This document shows, one piece after another, positions 9,059-18,898 of a stretch of DNA of 64,000 bases. The position numbers and the translations under genes were made by a program. Numbering within the stretch: the stretch's first letter is position 1; every line of letters starts with the position of its first letter. The notes under the pieces are model-generated. The model saw nothing but the letters and a program-made list of their open reading frames with translations, was not told where the DNA came from and searched no databases. The DNA lies in NCBI GenBank assembly GCA_030753015.1, contig JASMDC010000006.1, forward strand, positions 32,001 through 96,000, read 5' to 3'. Source of the stretch: Candidatus Undinarchaeales archaeon. Its GTDB lineage: Archaea; SpSt-1190; JASMDC01.

Positions 9059-10234
9059 ATGAGGTCGGCAGTAATCACCTTGCTGCTCGTTGCACTGCTC
9101 CTTCAACCAGCCCTTGCCATCCCCAGGGCATTGTGGGAGGGTATGGACTGGGGTCGCATCCGACCCCTGTCGGAAGACCCGCAGGACGATCATCGATTCG
9201 GGGACGTGGACATCAAGGCTCTCTACATTACCCACGACAATGAGTACTTGTACATCAAGGTGGACCATCACACACCAGTGCAGCCGACCACCAACTACGA
9301 GTTCGCTCTTGACGTCTTCGAGCCAACGGACGACGTCGTGGGCTACGCAACTAATTTCTTCCCTCGCGGCACGCTGCTCTGGTACGAGACGAAGAACGTG
9401 AACGGGGAGTTCGCACGGGTGCAGGCCCGGCCCGGGGGAGCGGCGATCATGTACCGGGGAACCGAGGTCCAGATCAGGATCCCGCTCAACATCACCAACA
9501 GTAACTATAGATTCAAGGTACAGCTTACTGTTTGGCCCTCCGGCGACTTTGAGGAGGGCTCCGACAGGATGGACAATCCCGAGTGGACCGAGTATCCCCC
9601 GGGAGGAGGGGAAGCAACACCGGTGGCCGTTACGCTCCTTCCTACCGCGACCCCCGCCCCAACGCCCACGCCCGTCCCTGTGTGGCAGGGTGTGAGCTGG
9701 CAAGGGGTCGCCCCGCTGGCCACGGATGCCCAAGGGGACCACGACCTTGGGACCGACCTGCGCTCTCTCTCCATCAAGGAGGACACAGAGTACATCTACC
9801 TCAAGGTCGACCTCCATACCGACAGCAATAATCCGTTCCATATCTACGACATACTGTTCGATACCGACGGTGATGCGCGCGCCGACTACGCTGCTAACAT
9901 CAAGCTGAGCAAGGAGTACCACTTCTACCAGCACGCACCCTCGTTGCGGGAACTGCCCACCGAGGGAATGGCGGTGGTGTTCGGTCGCAATTGGATGCAG
10001 GCACGCATACCCAAGCTCTCGGACCTCAGCGAGTACCGGACAGCGGTGCGTGTATGGCCCGCAGGCACCAATTCACCCCAGGCGGGGGACATGCTATACG
10101 AGACGGGCTGGTCCGAACCTGGTGCCGGTGCTGACAGCGGGGGCGACTCGTCCACCGTCGTCATCATGGGCGTCGTTGTCCTGGTGCTCGCAGTGGCCAT
10201 CATGCTCGGACGCGGGGGCGCACAGCAAGCGTAG
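9059..10234 (+). CDS. Secreted, C-terminally anchored protein with two DOMON-like/carbohydrate-binding-like repeats
   Basis: Signal peptide. Two homologous domains (W.G..W....PL..D.Q.DH..G.D...L.I..D.EY.Y.KVD) separated by a PT linker. C-terminal TM. TTTTTAATA box about 25 nt upstream. Confidence 0.7.
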   Translation: MRSAVITLLLVALLLQPALAIPRALWEGMDWGRIRPLSEDPQDDHRFGDVDIKALYITHDNEYLYIKVDHHTPVQPTTNYEFALDVFEPTDDVVGYATNFFPRGTLLWYETKNVNGEFARVQARPGGAAIMYRGTEVQIRIPLNITNSNYRFKVQLTVWPSGDFEEGSDRMDNPEWTEYPPGGGEATPVAVTLLPTATPAPTPTPVPVWQGVSWQGVAPLATDAQGDHDLGTDLRSLSIKEDTEYIYLKVDLHTDSNNPFHIYDILFDTDGDARADYAANIKLSKEYHFYQHAPSLRELPTEGMAVVFGRNWMQARIPKLSDLSEYRTAVRVWPAGTNSPQAGDMLYETGWSEPGAGADSGGDSSTVVIMGVVVLVLAVAIMLGRGGAQQA

Positions 10235-10243
10235 GGCAACCCC

Positions 10244-11935
10244 ATGGGAGCGCTCGATCCTCTCACGCTCGTCCCCGTCGTGCTCCATCTCCATATCTGG
10301 GCCCTCGCTCTCGTTCTTGTGCTGCTCGTTCGACGCCACCACCGCGATGTGCTCGACCTTCCTCGCGAGGTCCGTAACTGTCTCCTCCTGTTGGTCTTAG
10401 TAGCTGCGGGGCTCCGTCTCAGCAACCTCGAGGCAGCAGCGATAGTGTACTCGGACGAGTTCGAGGTACTGCTCTCGGCCCGCCACATGCTCGTATACAA
10501 TCGGGTGGGCTATCCTCTGAACCTTCGTCTCCTCCCGCCCGCCCACCGGTCAGGCTACCCCGCCCTAACAACTGTCCCCCTCGCTCTCCTGGGCGGGACC
10601 GACCGAGCGGCAGCCCTTGTATCGGCGATCGCGGGAATCCTGGCAGTTCCTCTGACATTTGCGCTTGTACACCTCCTCTTCCGTGATCCGTGGGGGGCGC
10701 TCGCGGCGGCGGCTCTTGTCGCTCTCAGTCCGGAGCACGTACGCTACTCGATCACAGGGTGGAGTGCAGCATCGTCCTTTACCTTAACGCTCCTGGCCCT
10801 GTTTCTTGCGGTCTATTCATCCCGCCGAGGCCGGATTCTTGCATGGACGGTGGCGGCCGCCATCGCGGCAGGTCTTGCCACTCAGGTGCGCACGGCCGAT
10901 ACCGTGGTCGTTCCCGTTATCGCTCTTTACCTCTGGTATGGGACGGGGGCTCGACGAGCGGCTCTCTTCACAGCAGTGGCGCTGGTGCCCTCTCTCCTCC
11001 TCCTCGCTGCTCTCCCGCCGGGTACAGCGCCAGAGGGTGGGCTCCCCTCTCCTTGGGCCGAGGGCGCCTTCGAGGAGTTCTCTTTCGACAAGGTCCTCCA
11101 AGAGGAATCGGACATCGGCACCAAGGGATCGTTGCCAGGTTACCTCCTCCATGTGTTCGCCGGGGTGCGCTACTGGACGCCCGGGCCGCCTGAGCCGTCG
11201 GCCGATCCCATAATCAGGGTGCTGGGGAACCAGCGGGGTGACGTAGATCCGCTGGTCGTGTGGGCCACCCTTCTGGCCGTCTCAGGTGTGGCAGCGCGAC
11301 CACGACGTGGTCATGTCCTTGTGCTGGGTTATGTACTGACGCTCATCGCAGCCAACAGCTTCTTCGCCTCTGATCCACGTCACGTTCTCAACGCAGTGTG
11401 CCTGCTCCCGGTGCTTACCGGGGCCGGTCTCGGTGCACTCGCGAGCTCGTTCCCGGGTGGTGGTCGGACGGCGGCGGCTCTGCTGGTGATACTGCTCCTC
11501 CGGTTCCATACCCAGGGCACGGCCGTGATGCTCCAGCTCCATGCCGGGAAGGCGGGAGCGGCAGCGGGCCCTCTCGACGACCTATTCTTCCAGAACGCAC
11601 GCATCGGCCGATGGCTGGCCGCATCGCCCTTCAGAGACTGCACCGTGATCTCCTCGATCCCGCTGGCCACTGCGTTCTATACCGGTAGCTCTGCTGTGGA
11701 TATCCGTGCGGCCGCCCGTGATGAAAAGCTACGCGATCGTCTCCGCGCGCTCGCGAGGAGCGAGTGCGTGCTCTATCTGGACACCTGCGCGGACTGGGTT
11801 CCGGCGCAGGAGACGGCGACGGTCAGCCGGACGCTGTCCCTCGAGTTGGCGGCCCGGACGGGTACGTGTCGCTCGTGGACCGATCTCGGTACTGAGCGGG
11901 ACGTCATGCTCTACCGGATGCAGTCTGCGTCCTGA
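10244..11935 (+). CDS. ArnT/PMT-like (GT-C fold, GT39/83) membrane glycosyltransferase
   Basis: GLRL...YSDE first-loop acidic motif, GYP, ALSPEHVRYS and about 12 TM segments. Confidence 0.75.
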   Translation: MGALDPLTLVPVVLHLHIWALALVLVLLVRRHHRDVLDLPREVRNCLLLLVLVAAGLRLSNLEAAAIVYSDEFEVLLSARHMLVYNRVGYPLNLRLLPPAHRSGYPALTTVPLALLGGTDRAAALVSAIAGILAVPLTFALVHLLFRDPWGALAAAALVALSPEHVRYSITGWSAASSFTLTLLALFLAVYSSRRGRILAWTVAAAIAAGLATQVRTADTVVVPVIALYLWYGTGARRAALFTAVALVPSLLLLAALPPGTAPEGGLPSPWAEGAFEEFSFDKVLQEESDIGTKGSLPGYLLHVFAGVRYWTPGPPEPSADPIIRVLGNQRGDVDPLVVWATLLAVSGVAARPRRGHVLVLGYVLTLIAANSFFASDPRHVLNAVCLLPVLTGAGLGALASSFPGGGRTAAALLVILLLRFHTQGTAVMLQLHAGKAGAAAGPLDDLFFQNARIGRWLAASPFRDCTVISSIPLATAFYTGSSAVDIRAAARDEKLRDRLRALARSECVLYLDTCADWVPAQETATVSRTLSLELAARTGTCRSWTDLGTERDVMLYRMQSAS

Positions 11936-12648
11936 CATCCCTCAGGAGGACGCCGGAGCACGGCCCACGCATCCACGCCGCCCCCGGCCCACCGCGCAAG
12001 CCGATCATCCAGGGTGAGCATGGAGCACAGGAGCCGGTCCGCGAGGTCACGGGACACCAGCGTGGTCACCCGGTGGATTGCCGCTGCCGCGAACGTGATG
12101 AGGTGTCCGCCGGTACCGGTGGCGATTGGCTCGAGGCCGGCCTCTCGGCTGGCCGCCATTAACTCGTCCACATCGAGGTGGGCCTGCCGTTGCCCCACGC
12201 GATCGAAGTGCCTGACGACGGGTCTGAGGGGCAGGATCACCCGCTCCGGCTGGCGTGACACCAGCACGTAGGCGCGTCCTCCGGGCCGGAGCACACGACG
12301 AACCTCGGTAAACAGAGCCACTGGATCCTTGGTGTATTCAAGCACGTGACTCGACACCGCAAACTGGAAGGAATCATCGGCGAAGGGTAGGCGGAGCATA
12401 TCCCCGAGGACTACCGATCCACCACGCCCGGCAAGCACGCGTGTGCCGGCAGGGGAACGGTCCACGCCCACGCACACCACACCCGTCCGCTCCAGGGCAG
12501 AGCAGAGATAGCCTGTCCCACATCCCACGTCCACGAGGGTGTCCCCCGGTCGCGGGTCGAGCCGGTGGCACACTCGCCACACGAGGGTCGCGTCCCATCG
12601 AGAGCGATGCCTCCATGCGGTGTACTTCTCCTCGAAAGGGCCGGCCAC
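11911..12648 (-). CDS. Class I SAM-dependent methyltransferase
   Basis: LVDVGCGTG, GVDRS, GDMLRLPFADDSF, SHVLEY, EVRRVLRPGG. Start moved to GTG 12648, about 25 nt below a TATAAA box. Confidence 0.85.
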   Translation of the reverse strand: MAGPFEEKYTAWRHRSRWDATLVWRVCHRLDPRPGDTLVDVGCGTGYLCSALERTGVVCVGVDRSPAGTRVLAGRGGSVVLGDMLRLPFADDSFQFAVSSHVLEYTKDPVALFTEVRRVLRPGGRAYVLVSRQPERVILPLRPVVRHFDRVGQRQAHLDVDELMAASREAGLEPIATGTGGHLITFAAAAIHRVTTLVSRDLADRLLCSMLTLDDRLARWAGGGVDAWAVLRRPPEGCQDADCIR

Positions 12649-12661
12649 GTCAGGAGGGGAC

Positions 12662-12682
12662 GGAAATGCTTTATATGCCTTC
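12662..12682 (+). repeat. 21-bp direct repeat, copy 1 (GGAAATGCTTTATATGCCTTC), contains a TATA box
   Basis: Exact match to 14145-14165; flanking bases differ on both sides. Confidence 0.95.
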
Positions 12683-12764
12683 ATAGTCGGATTGCTTCAT
12701 GCCAGGGGTCCGGGCCGTTCGATCATCGCCAAGGTACGATGGCGGCGGCATCCTCCCTCCCATC

Positions 12765-13916
12765 TCACGAGCTTAGACGCCGCTCAATCCCCTCCCTCAG
12801 AGCATCGGCGACCATCTGGTGGGCCCTGGCGTTAGGATGGTGATCTAGGGGATGCACCCACAGCGTTGAGGCCGTACTGTTCTCGAACACAGGTAGCAGG
12901 TCGATTACCTCGATCCCACGCTCACGGCAGGATGAGGCAATCAGCTCGTGAACATCCCTGAACGGGTAATCATCGAGCTGATGAATGAGGGGAAAGATTA
13001 CGACCATGAACGTGATGTTCTGGCTTTTACTGTATCTTGCCATCTGGTCGATCGATCTCACCGTCCACTTCTTCCACCGCATATTTCTTTCTCCGAGGTA
13101 GAAGGAGCGGTACCATTCCTCGACGACATGTGTATCGCGACGGCTCTCACTCCTCTTTTGGATAAGGTCGTACAGCACGCTGCCCGGGCCTTCGCCCCCT
13201 TCTCCCTTTGGGATCGAGTAGATAAGGTCGTCACCTTTCATTAGGATGGACTCTCGGTTGGTGATGGGATCATCCAGCACAAAACCCAGGATGACCATGT
13301 TCGGCTTGATCAATGGCGCGAGCTTCATCAGCAGACCAGTCTTCTGGTAGACCGTGTATCCTGGGATGCCTGCATTGATCACCTGATTTATCCTACCTGG
13401 AGGGACATTCTCTTCTAGCCCCTCTTCAAGCCTTGCGGGAAAGCTCTCCTCTAACGCGACGCCCTCACCGAAGGTGAACGAGTCACCGATGACGAGAATC
13501 CTATAGGCATCCCCCCCATCGGCGAGGGTACGCTCGGGACCTCGCAATCCCCAGGAGTTGACAAGATAGGTTATCCGGAGGTCGGGTGGGAGGGTGTTAT
13601 AGGGATCGCTGTCGTATATATGAACGAAGCTGCTGTTTGGGATTAGTTCGTACCCGAGCCCGTATTTTGTGGTGCTCCGTAGTGATATGGTCTCCTGCTT
13701 GGGCTCGAGTGGAGCATTGAACAACCGGGCCCCGAGCTCAAGGACGAGGAGGGTGACCACGATGCTGGCCAGGGTCAGGATCAGACGGTTCAGGTACTTC
13801 TCACGGCCCAGCTGGTTCGAGGCGTTCCTTTCAGATTCCATCGGTGATCGGCTCCATGGGGGGGCCTGAAGGGACCTAGCGTCCCTGGAAGACGTACCAA
13901 TCAGGCCATATAACAA
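12765..13916 (-). CDS. Membrane-anchored SGNH/GDSL hydrolase (AlgX/AlgJ-like acyl esterase or transferase); start may be 13841
   Basis: LELGARL anchor, NSWGLRG, block I IGDSFTFGEGV, block II VINAGIPGY and block V DHHPNARAH. Confidence 0.85.
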   Translation of the reverse strand: MLYGLIGTSSRDARSLQAPPWSRSPMESERNASNQLGREKYLNRLILTLASIVVTLLVLELGARLFNAPLEPKQETISLRSTTKYGLGYELIPNSSFVHIYDSDPYNTLPPDLRITYLVNSWGLRGPERTLADGGDAYRILVIGDSFTFGEGVALEESFPARLEEGLEENVPPGRINQVINAGIPGYTVYQKTGLLMKLAPLIKPNMVILGFVLDDPITNRESILMKGDDLIYSIPKGEGGEGPGSVLYDLIQKRSESRRDTHVVEEWYRSFYLGERNMRWKKWTVRSIDQMARYSKSQNITFMVVIFPLIHQLDDYPFRDVHELIASSCRERGIEVIDLLPVFENSTASTLWVHPLDHHPNARAHQMVADALREGIERRLSS

Positions 13917-14144
13917 ATGTTTTGCGGCATGCTATATATGGTTTTTCTTCCGAGGTGCTTCATCTCGAAACTCATCAATCGGTAGCCCGAGTTCGTCCTA
14001 ATAACCGATGGAACCACCACCGTAGTGCTTTGGTGATACCTCAACGGATAGACCAAAGAAGAGGATACGACCGAGGATAAAGAACCGAGTGAACCGGGGA
14101 AATCACAGCTCAAACACGGTACTTTAGGGATGAAGTCACGTGGT

Positions 14145-14165
14145 GGAAATGCTTTATATGCCTTC
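14145..14165 (+). repeat. 21-bp direct repeat, copy 2; probable promoter of 14183..16018
   Basis: Exact match to 12662-12682. TTTATA (14153-14158) lies 25-30 nt before the GTG start at 14183. Confidence 0.95.
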
Positions 14166-14182
14166 GCCGACAGGAGCAACCC

Positions 14183-16018
14183 GTGCGTCGAACAACCGTG
14201 TACCGCGGCCTTTGGGCAATGCTGTTTCTGGCAGCCCTGCTCCGTCTCCCGGCCCTCGACCACAGCCCTCCGGGCCTCACCTTCGACGAGGCCTCCATCG
14301 GGTACGACGCGTGGTCACTGCTCCTCACAGGTCGCGACCACCGCGGGAATCCATGGCCCGTGTACCTTGAGTCCTTCGGCGATTACAAAGACCCGGTGAA
14401 CGTTTATGCCACCATGCCGCTAGTAGCTGTGGTCGGGCTCTCCACGGCTTCGGTCCGCGCGGTCTCAGCACTGTTCGGGATCGCGGGAGTGGCGGCCACG
14501 TACCTGCTTGCGCGGCGTCTCCTAGGACCCCGGGAAGCACGTGTGGCGGCCCTGCTCCTGGCAGTGTGCCCATGGCACGTCCACTTCAGCCGCCTTGCAC
14601 TGGAGCCGGTGCTCCTGCCCTTCTGGACGGCGCTCTCATTGTACCTCCTCATGGGTAAAGGGCGGGAACTAGTGCTTGCAGGGCCAGCTCTGGCACTTGG
14701 GATGTACTCCTACGCTGTAGGGAAGGCCTTTCTCCCACTCCTCGCCTGCGCCGTGCTCGTACTCCGCCGCCGTGAGCTCGCGGGCCAAAAGCGCTATCTC
14801 ATGGCAGGTGTGTTGGCAGCGGCCCTGCTCCTTGCGCCGCTCGTCAGGCTTCACGTCACACATCCTGACCGGGCGGGCGCTCGAATAGGGATGCTATCGA
14901 TCGCATCCGACGAGGTCGTCAGGCTCGACATGGCGCGATTCGGTACGACCTCGCCGCTCGTGGCCACGACGTTCCGCTTCCTGCGTAATTATTCACTCCA
15001 TATAATGCCCTCATTCCTTTTCTTTTCAGGAGATCCCGATCCACTCAACGGCCTTCCCGGGCGTGGCCTCTTGGAACCGGTGACCGCTGTGCTTGCACTC
15101 CTGGGGCTCGGTATCGCCTTACGTGAGCGACGGTGGGCACTTGTGGCGTGGCTCATCATCTTCCCCGTGGCCGGCGCTGCCACGGACATAGAGGTGGCGC
15201 AGGCACGTAGAGCGATCGCCCTCCTACCTCTCCCCCATCTGCTCGCGGCCCATGCTCTCGGCGTATTACGGCGCCGCCATGGCGATAAAGTGGTACTCAT
15301 ACTTGCCTGTCTTCTAGCGCTCTCCTTCGCTACGGTCCAGGCCGAGCGGCTCGTCGACTACCCTGCCGACCCCGATGTGGCACTGGCCACAGGAGAGCCA
15401 CTCCGGAAGGCCCTGGCTGCCATTACACCGGGGACGTCCCTGGCCATTGATCCCGTTATCGAGAACGCCTATGTCCAAGTGCTCTTCCATCGACGCGTAC
15501 TGCCTGATCAGTACTTGTCTAGGGGATGGGATGGGGCCGGGCTCTCCTTCAAGCGGCCCCCACTACCCAAAGGGACCATGCTGCTCACAACCGGAGGCCC
15601 CTTTGCCGTAAGCATAACCGATGTGGACGTACTGGGCCGCACCTGTGGTACGCTCCCCGACGTGTCCCCTTTCGAAGTGGTCGCGGCCCCCGGCGAGCTC
15701 AATATGTCCGTTACTCTGGACCTCCCGGATATCTGTCGGGAGATGGGATTCGAGCTGGACCGGGGTACGACGGGGGTGCTCGAAGTGAGGTTCTTACCCG
15801 TGGAGGGCGGAACGTGCAAGCGACCCTGTGCTGGCCAGTATCGGTCCCTCATCAGTCTCAGCGTACCACCTGGCGAGTACCTTGTTAGAGCATTCTTTGG
15901 CGAAATCCGCCTTGGTGAACGACGGGTGACAGTACTCCCCGCACGACCTCGTGGTAGGACCAAGGTCGCGTTCACTCTGCCTGATGGCTCGGTCGCGCTT
16001 TGGCTCGTGCAACCCTAA
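14183..16018 (+). CDS. ArnT/PMT-like (GT-C fold, GT39/83) membrane glycosyltransferase with C-terminal extracellular domain
   Basis: LRL..L...PPGLTFDEASIGYDAWSLLLTGRDHRG, GDYK, PWHVHFSR and multiple TM helices. Confidence 0.85.
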   Translation: MRRTTVYRGLWAMLFLAALLRLPALDHSPPGLTFDEASIGYDAWSLLLTGRDHRGNPWPVYLESFGDYKDPVNVYATMPLVAVVGLSTASVRAVSALFGIAGVAATYLLARRLLGPREARVAALLLAVCPWHVHFSRLALEPVLLPFWTALSLYLLMGKGRELVLAGPALALGMYSYAVGKAFLPLLACAVLVLRRRELAGQKRYLMAGVLAAALLLAPLVRLHVTHPDRAGARIGMLSIASDEVVRLDMARFGTTSPLVATTFRFLRNYSLHIMPSFLFFSGDPDPLNGLPGRGLLEPVTAVLALLGLGIALRERRWALVAWLIIFPVAGAATDIEVAQARRAIALLPLPHLLAAHALGVLRRRHGDKVVLILACLLALSFATVQAERLVDYPADPDVALATGEPLRKALAAITPGTSLAIDPVIENAYVQVLFHRRVLPDQYLSRGWDGAGLSFKRPPLPKGTMLLTTGGPFAVSITDVDVLGRTCGTLPDVSPFEVVAAPGELNMSVTLDLPDICREMGFELDRGTTGVLEVRFLPVEGGTCKRPCAGQYRSLISLSVPPGEYLVRAFFGEIRLGERRVTVLPARPRGRTKVAFTLPDGSVALWLVQP

Positions 16019-16021
16019 GGC

Positions 16022-17473
16022 TCACTCGGGAACGAACCGACGCGCCAGCCGCCTCTCCCAAAGATGGTCGAAGTACATACGTCCCACCCTGGCGCGTGCC
16101 AGGGGCCGGTAGAGCCTGGCCAGCGCTGCCACCGCGGGATTCATGGCCAGCTGCCCGGAACCGACGTCCAGGAACATCGAGAGGAACGACAGCCCCTCGA
16201 GAACGTGGCGCTCATCCTCCCCCACCCACGGAACTACCACATGGTCGGCGGACACATCGGCCCAGTGGGCCAGGGAGTCGGGCGGATCGAAACCCCGGGA
16301 AACCGCCTCCTCGTAGAGGACCGTTCCCGGATAAGGGACGAAGATGAAGGCACCCGGTACACGAGCACGGGGATTGTCACCAAGGAGCTTGAACATGAGG
16401 TCGACAGTGGCACGTAGATCCTCAGTTCCCTCGTCCGGGAACCCGCACATGAAGTTGTACACAGGAGCTATATCAGAGCCAACCAGACGACGGTTCACGG
16501 CCATGACGTCCTCTACCCGGATGTCCTTGAGCACTCGGTCCAGCACCGGCTGGGAGCCTGATTCGACACCGAAGTTGAGCTGGCGGCATCCGCTTCGCTC
16601 CAGCAGACGCAGGTCCTCGTCGTTAAGGGCCATGATGGACTCCACCCGGATTCCCTGGGCCTCCCAGATGACGTCGAGCCCCTCGTCGGCCAGGAGGCGG
16701 GCGAAACGTCGGACGCGACCGAGGTTTGCGAACAGGTTCTCGTCCTCGAACCGTACGTTCCCGATGCCGAACCGTTCGGACACGTACCGCACCCGGTCCA
16801 CCATGCGCTCGGCGCTCTGGCCTCGCCAACGCCGACGGTTGTACACGGTGTTATAGCAGAATGCACATCGATGGGGGCAGCCTCGGGAGCTTTCCATGAT
16901 CATCGCGCGTCTTCCTAGGCGGATAGGTGCGTACCGCTCCACGTCCACAAGGTGATAGGGCAGCTCGGGCTGGGCATCGAGTACCACGAGAGGTCGGTCG
17001 GGGGCGTGTACGGGGCGTCCGTCCCTGACCGTCGACACACCCGCCACCCGTTGTACTGGACGGCCATCGCGGAGTGCAGCCAGGAGCGCAGGGAGGGTCT
17101 CTTCTCCCTCACCACGGACGACCATGTCGATGCGTGGATCGGCCAGGGCCAGCTCGGGGAGCATGGTCCCCAAGACACCGCCCAGGACGAAGGGCACGTC
17201 CGCCGCCTCCTTCTTGACAACGCTGGCGGCCTCCAGCATATGGGCCACGGGTCGCCCGGCCATGGCCGTAGAACCGACGAGCAGTGGTCCTGATGCAATC
17301 TCGCGTCGGAGAGTCTCCTCCCATCGCGGATCGGTGCGCTGGTCGATGATGGTCACGTCGAAATCGGCTACTGCACGGGAACAGGCATGGAGCAGGGCCA
17401 GGGGGAGGCTGAAGGGGGACACTACCTCGTCAACGAACCCGATGCGGGGCTGGACGAGGACTAGGTCGGCCAT
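16022..17473 (-). CDS. Cobalamin-binding (class B-type) radical SAM protein
   Basis: B12 domain (LPLALL...IIDQR...VLGGV...VVRGEGE), SSRGCPHRCAFCY, FEDENL, FGVESGS, GFPDE, PYPGT. ATG at 17473. Confidence 0.9.
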   Translation of the reverse strand: MADLVLVQPRIGFVDEVVSPFSLPLALLHACSRAVADFDVTIIDQRTDPRWEETLRREIASGPLLVGSTAMAGRPVAHMLEAASVVKKEAADVPFVLGGVLGTMLPELALADPRIDMVVRGEGEETLPALLAALRDGRPVQRVAGVSTVRDGRPVHAPDRPLVVLDAQPELPYHLVDVERYAPIRLGRRAMIMESSRGCPHRCAFCYNTVYNRRRWRGQSAERMVDRVRYVSERFGIGNVRFEDENLFANLGRVRRFARLLADEGLDVIWEAQGIRVESIMALNDEDLRLLERSGCRQLNFGVESGSQPVLDRVLKDIRVEDVMAVNRRLVGSDIAPVYNFMCGFPDEGTEDLRATVDLMFKLLGDNPRARVPGAFIFVPYPGTVLYEEAVSRGFDPPDSLAHWADVSADHVVVPWVGEDERHVLEGLSFLSMFLDVGSGQLAMNPAVAALARLYRPLARARVGRMYFDHLWERRLARRFVPE

Positions 17474-17524
17474 CGCTCGAGGGTTATACCGTACCCTATT
17501 AATGTTTTCTGCGCAAGTCCATGG

Positions 17525-18898
17525 ATGATGCAGCGGGTCAAGGAGACCGAGTCCGTGTGTCCGCGGTGCTTGCACCGCATCCCTGCCGTCGTGGACGAGG
17601 AGGGCGGGCGGGTGCTCATGCGCAAGACATGCCCGGACCACGGGCCCATCACGGTCGTACTTTCCTCGCGCTCCTGGTACTATCTAGGCCTCGCTGATTT
17701 CTATCGAGGCCTTGCAATCGGCGGGAAGAAGGAAGAGCTGGAGTACAACTTCTACGTCACCATGCGCTGCAACATCAATTGTCCCATCTGCTTTACCAAT
17801 GCCAACGTCACAAAGTACGCTGATCCCTCTCTTGAGGATGTGGGGGCGATGATCAAGGACATGCATGGTGTCCGCCTATGCCTCTTCGGCGGTGAGCCCA
17901 CGGTGCGCAAGGACCTGCCGGACATCATCCGTCTCATCCTTCGATCGGGCAATATCCCCGTGCTCTATACCAACGGTATCAAACTAGAGGACTGTGCCTA
18001 TCTGGAGGAGCTCAGGGATGCGGGGCTTGAGGAGGTCCACCTCCAGTTCGACGGTTTTGAGGAGCGTGTCTACAAGGTGCTCCGCGGCAAGCCCATGGTC
18101 GCCTCCAAGACCAAGGCCCTGGAGAACCTCGAGGCCCTGGGGATCCCTACGGTGCTCGAGTACACCGTGGCCCACGACCTCAACGAGGACCAGATGGTGC
18201 CCACGTTCGAGTACTGCATCCCGCGACCGCACATTCGGGGGCTGTTCTTCCGCTCCTATGTTGTCATGGGCAAGGCCGGGCTCGAGCACGCCAGCTCGGT
18301 GGCAATCGAAGATATGATCGATCGGTTCGACGAATCCACGGGAGGGCGCATCTCGCTGAGGAGCGTGTTCGAGCTCCAACGGCTACTATATGCTTTCTAC
18401 AAGCTGGTGCACCTGCGACGATGTCACTACAGCCAGTACACGTTCATGTACCGCACACCTGGTGGTGGCTACAAACTGGTGAACGAGCTGTTCGACGTCC
18501 ATGGCATCCAGACGGCTTTGGACGCCTTCCGTCACAGGATCCGTGAGGGCTCGCTCCTGGCGATCCCGCTGTTCCTTGCACAGGTCGCGCGGCGCGCGGC
18601 CCATCCGCGCTCACTGAGGTTCATCCGTGATGCCCTGTCGGTGATGACGGGCAAGCTCGTCAAGCACGAGATGTTCTCCTATGGTGAGTCTGGAGTGTCG
18701 GACCGGCTCTTCATCGTTGGATTCGGCGCTATGTGCGAGCCCTACTCGTTCGATTTCCAAGTAGCCGATGCCTGTGATCGGCTCCAACTCACTGATGAAG
18801 GTACACAGATGATGCCCTACGCCCACCTTGAACTCGAGCGGCGAAGCCTTGAGGCCCGGGAGAATCCAGAGGAGGGGATATGGCTCTCCTGCGGGTGA
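17525..18898 (+). CDS. Tes/MJ0619-like radical SAM protein, copy 1
   Basis: N-terminal TESVCPRC...KTCPDHG metal site, CNINCPIC radical SAM motif, GGEPTVR, TNG, LQFDG, RG, and a C-terminal xCEPYSFD....C segment. Confidence 0.8.
   Translation: MMQRVKETESVCPRCLHRIPAVVDEEGGRVLMRKTCPDHGPITVVLSSRSWYYLGLADFYRGLAIGGKKEELEYNFYVTMRCNINCPICFTNANVTKYADPSLEDVGAMIKDMHGVRLCLFGGEPTVRKDLPDIIRLILRSGNIPVLYTNGIKLEDCAYLEELRDAGLEEVHLQFDGFEERVYKVLRGKPMVASKTKALENLEALGIPTVLEYTVAHDLNEDQMVPTFEYCIPRPHIRGLFFRSYVVMGKAGLEHASSVAIEDMIDRFDESTGGRISLRSVFELQRLLYAFYKLVHLRRCHYSQYTFMYRTPGGGYKLVNELFDVHGIQTALDAFRHRIREGSLLAIPLFLAQVARRAAHPRSLRFIRDALSVMTGKLVKHEMFSYGESGVSDRLFIVGFGAMCEPYSFDFQVADACDRLQLTDEGTQMMPYAHLELERRSLEARENPEEGIWLSCG

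Noticed and set aside
13917-14144. Possible gene remnant or integron attC-like site in the non-coding part of the repeat-bounded segment
   Set aside because: No recognisable protein in the frames examined, and no convincing attC-type inverted repeat.
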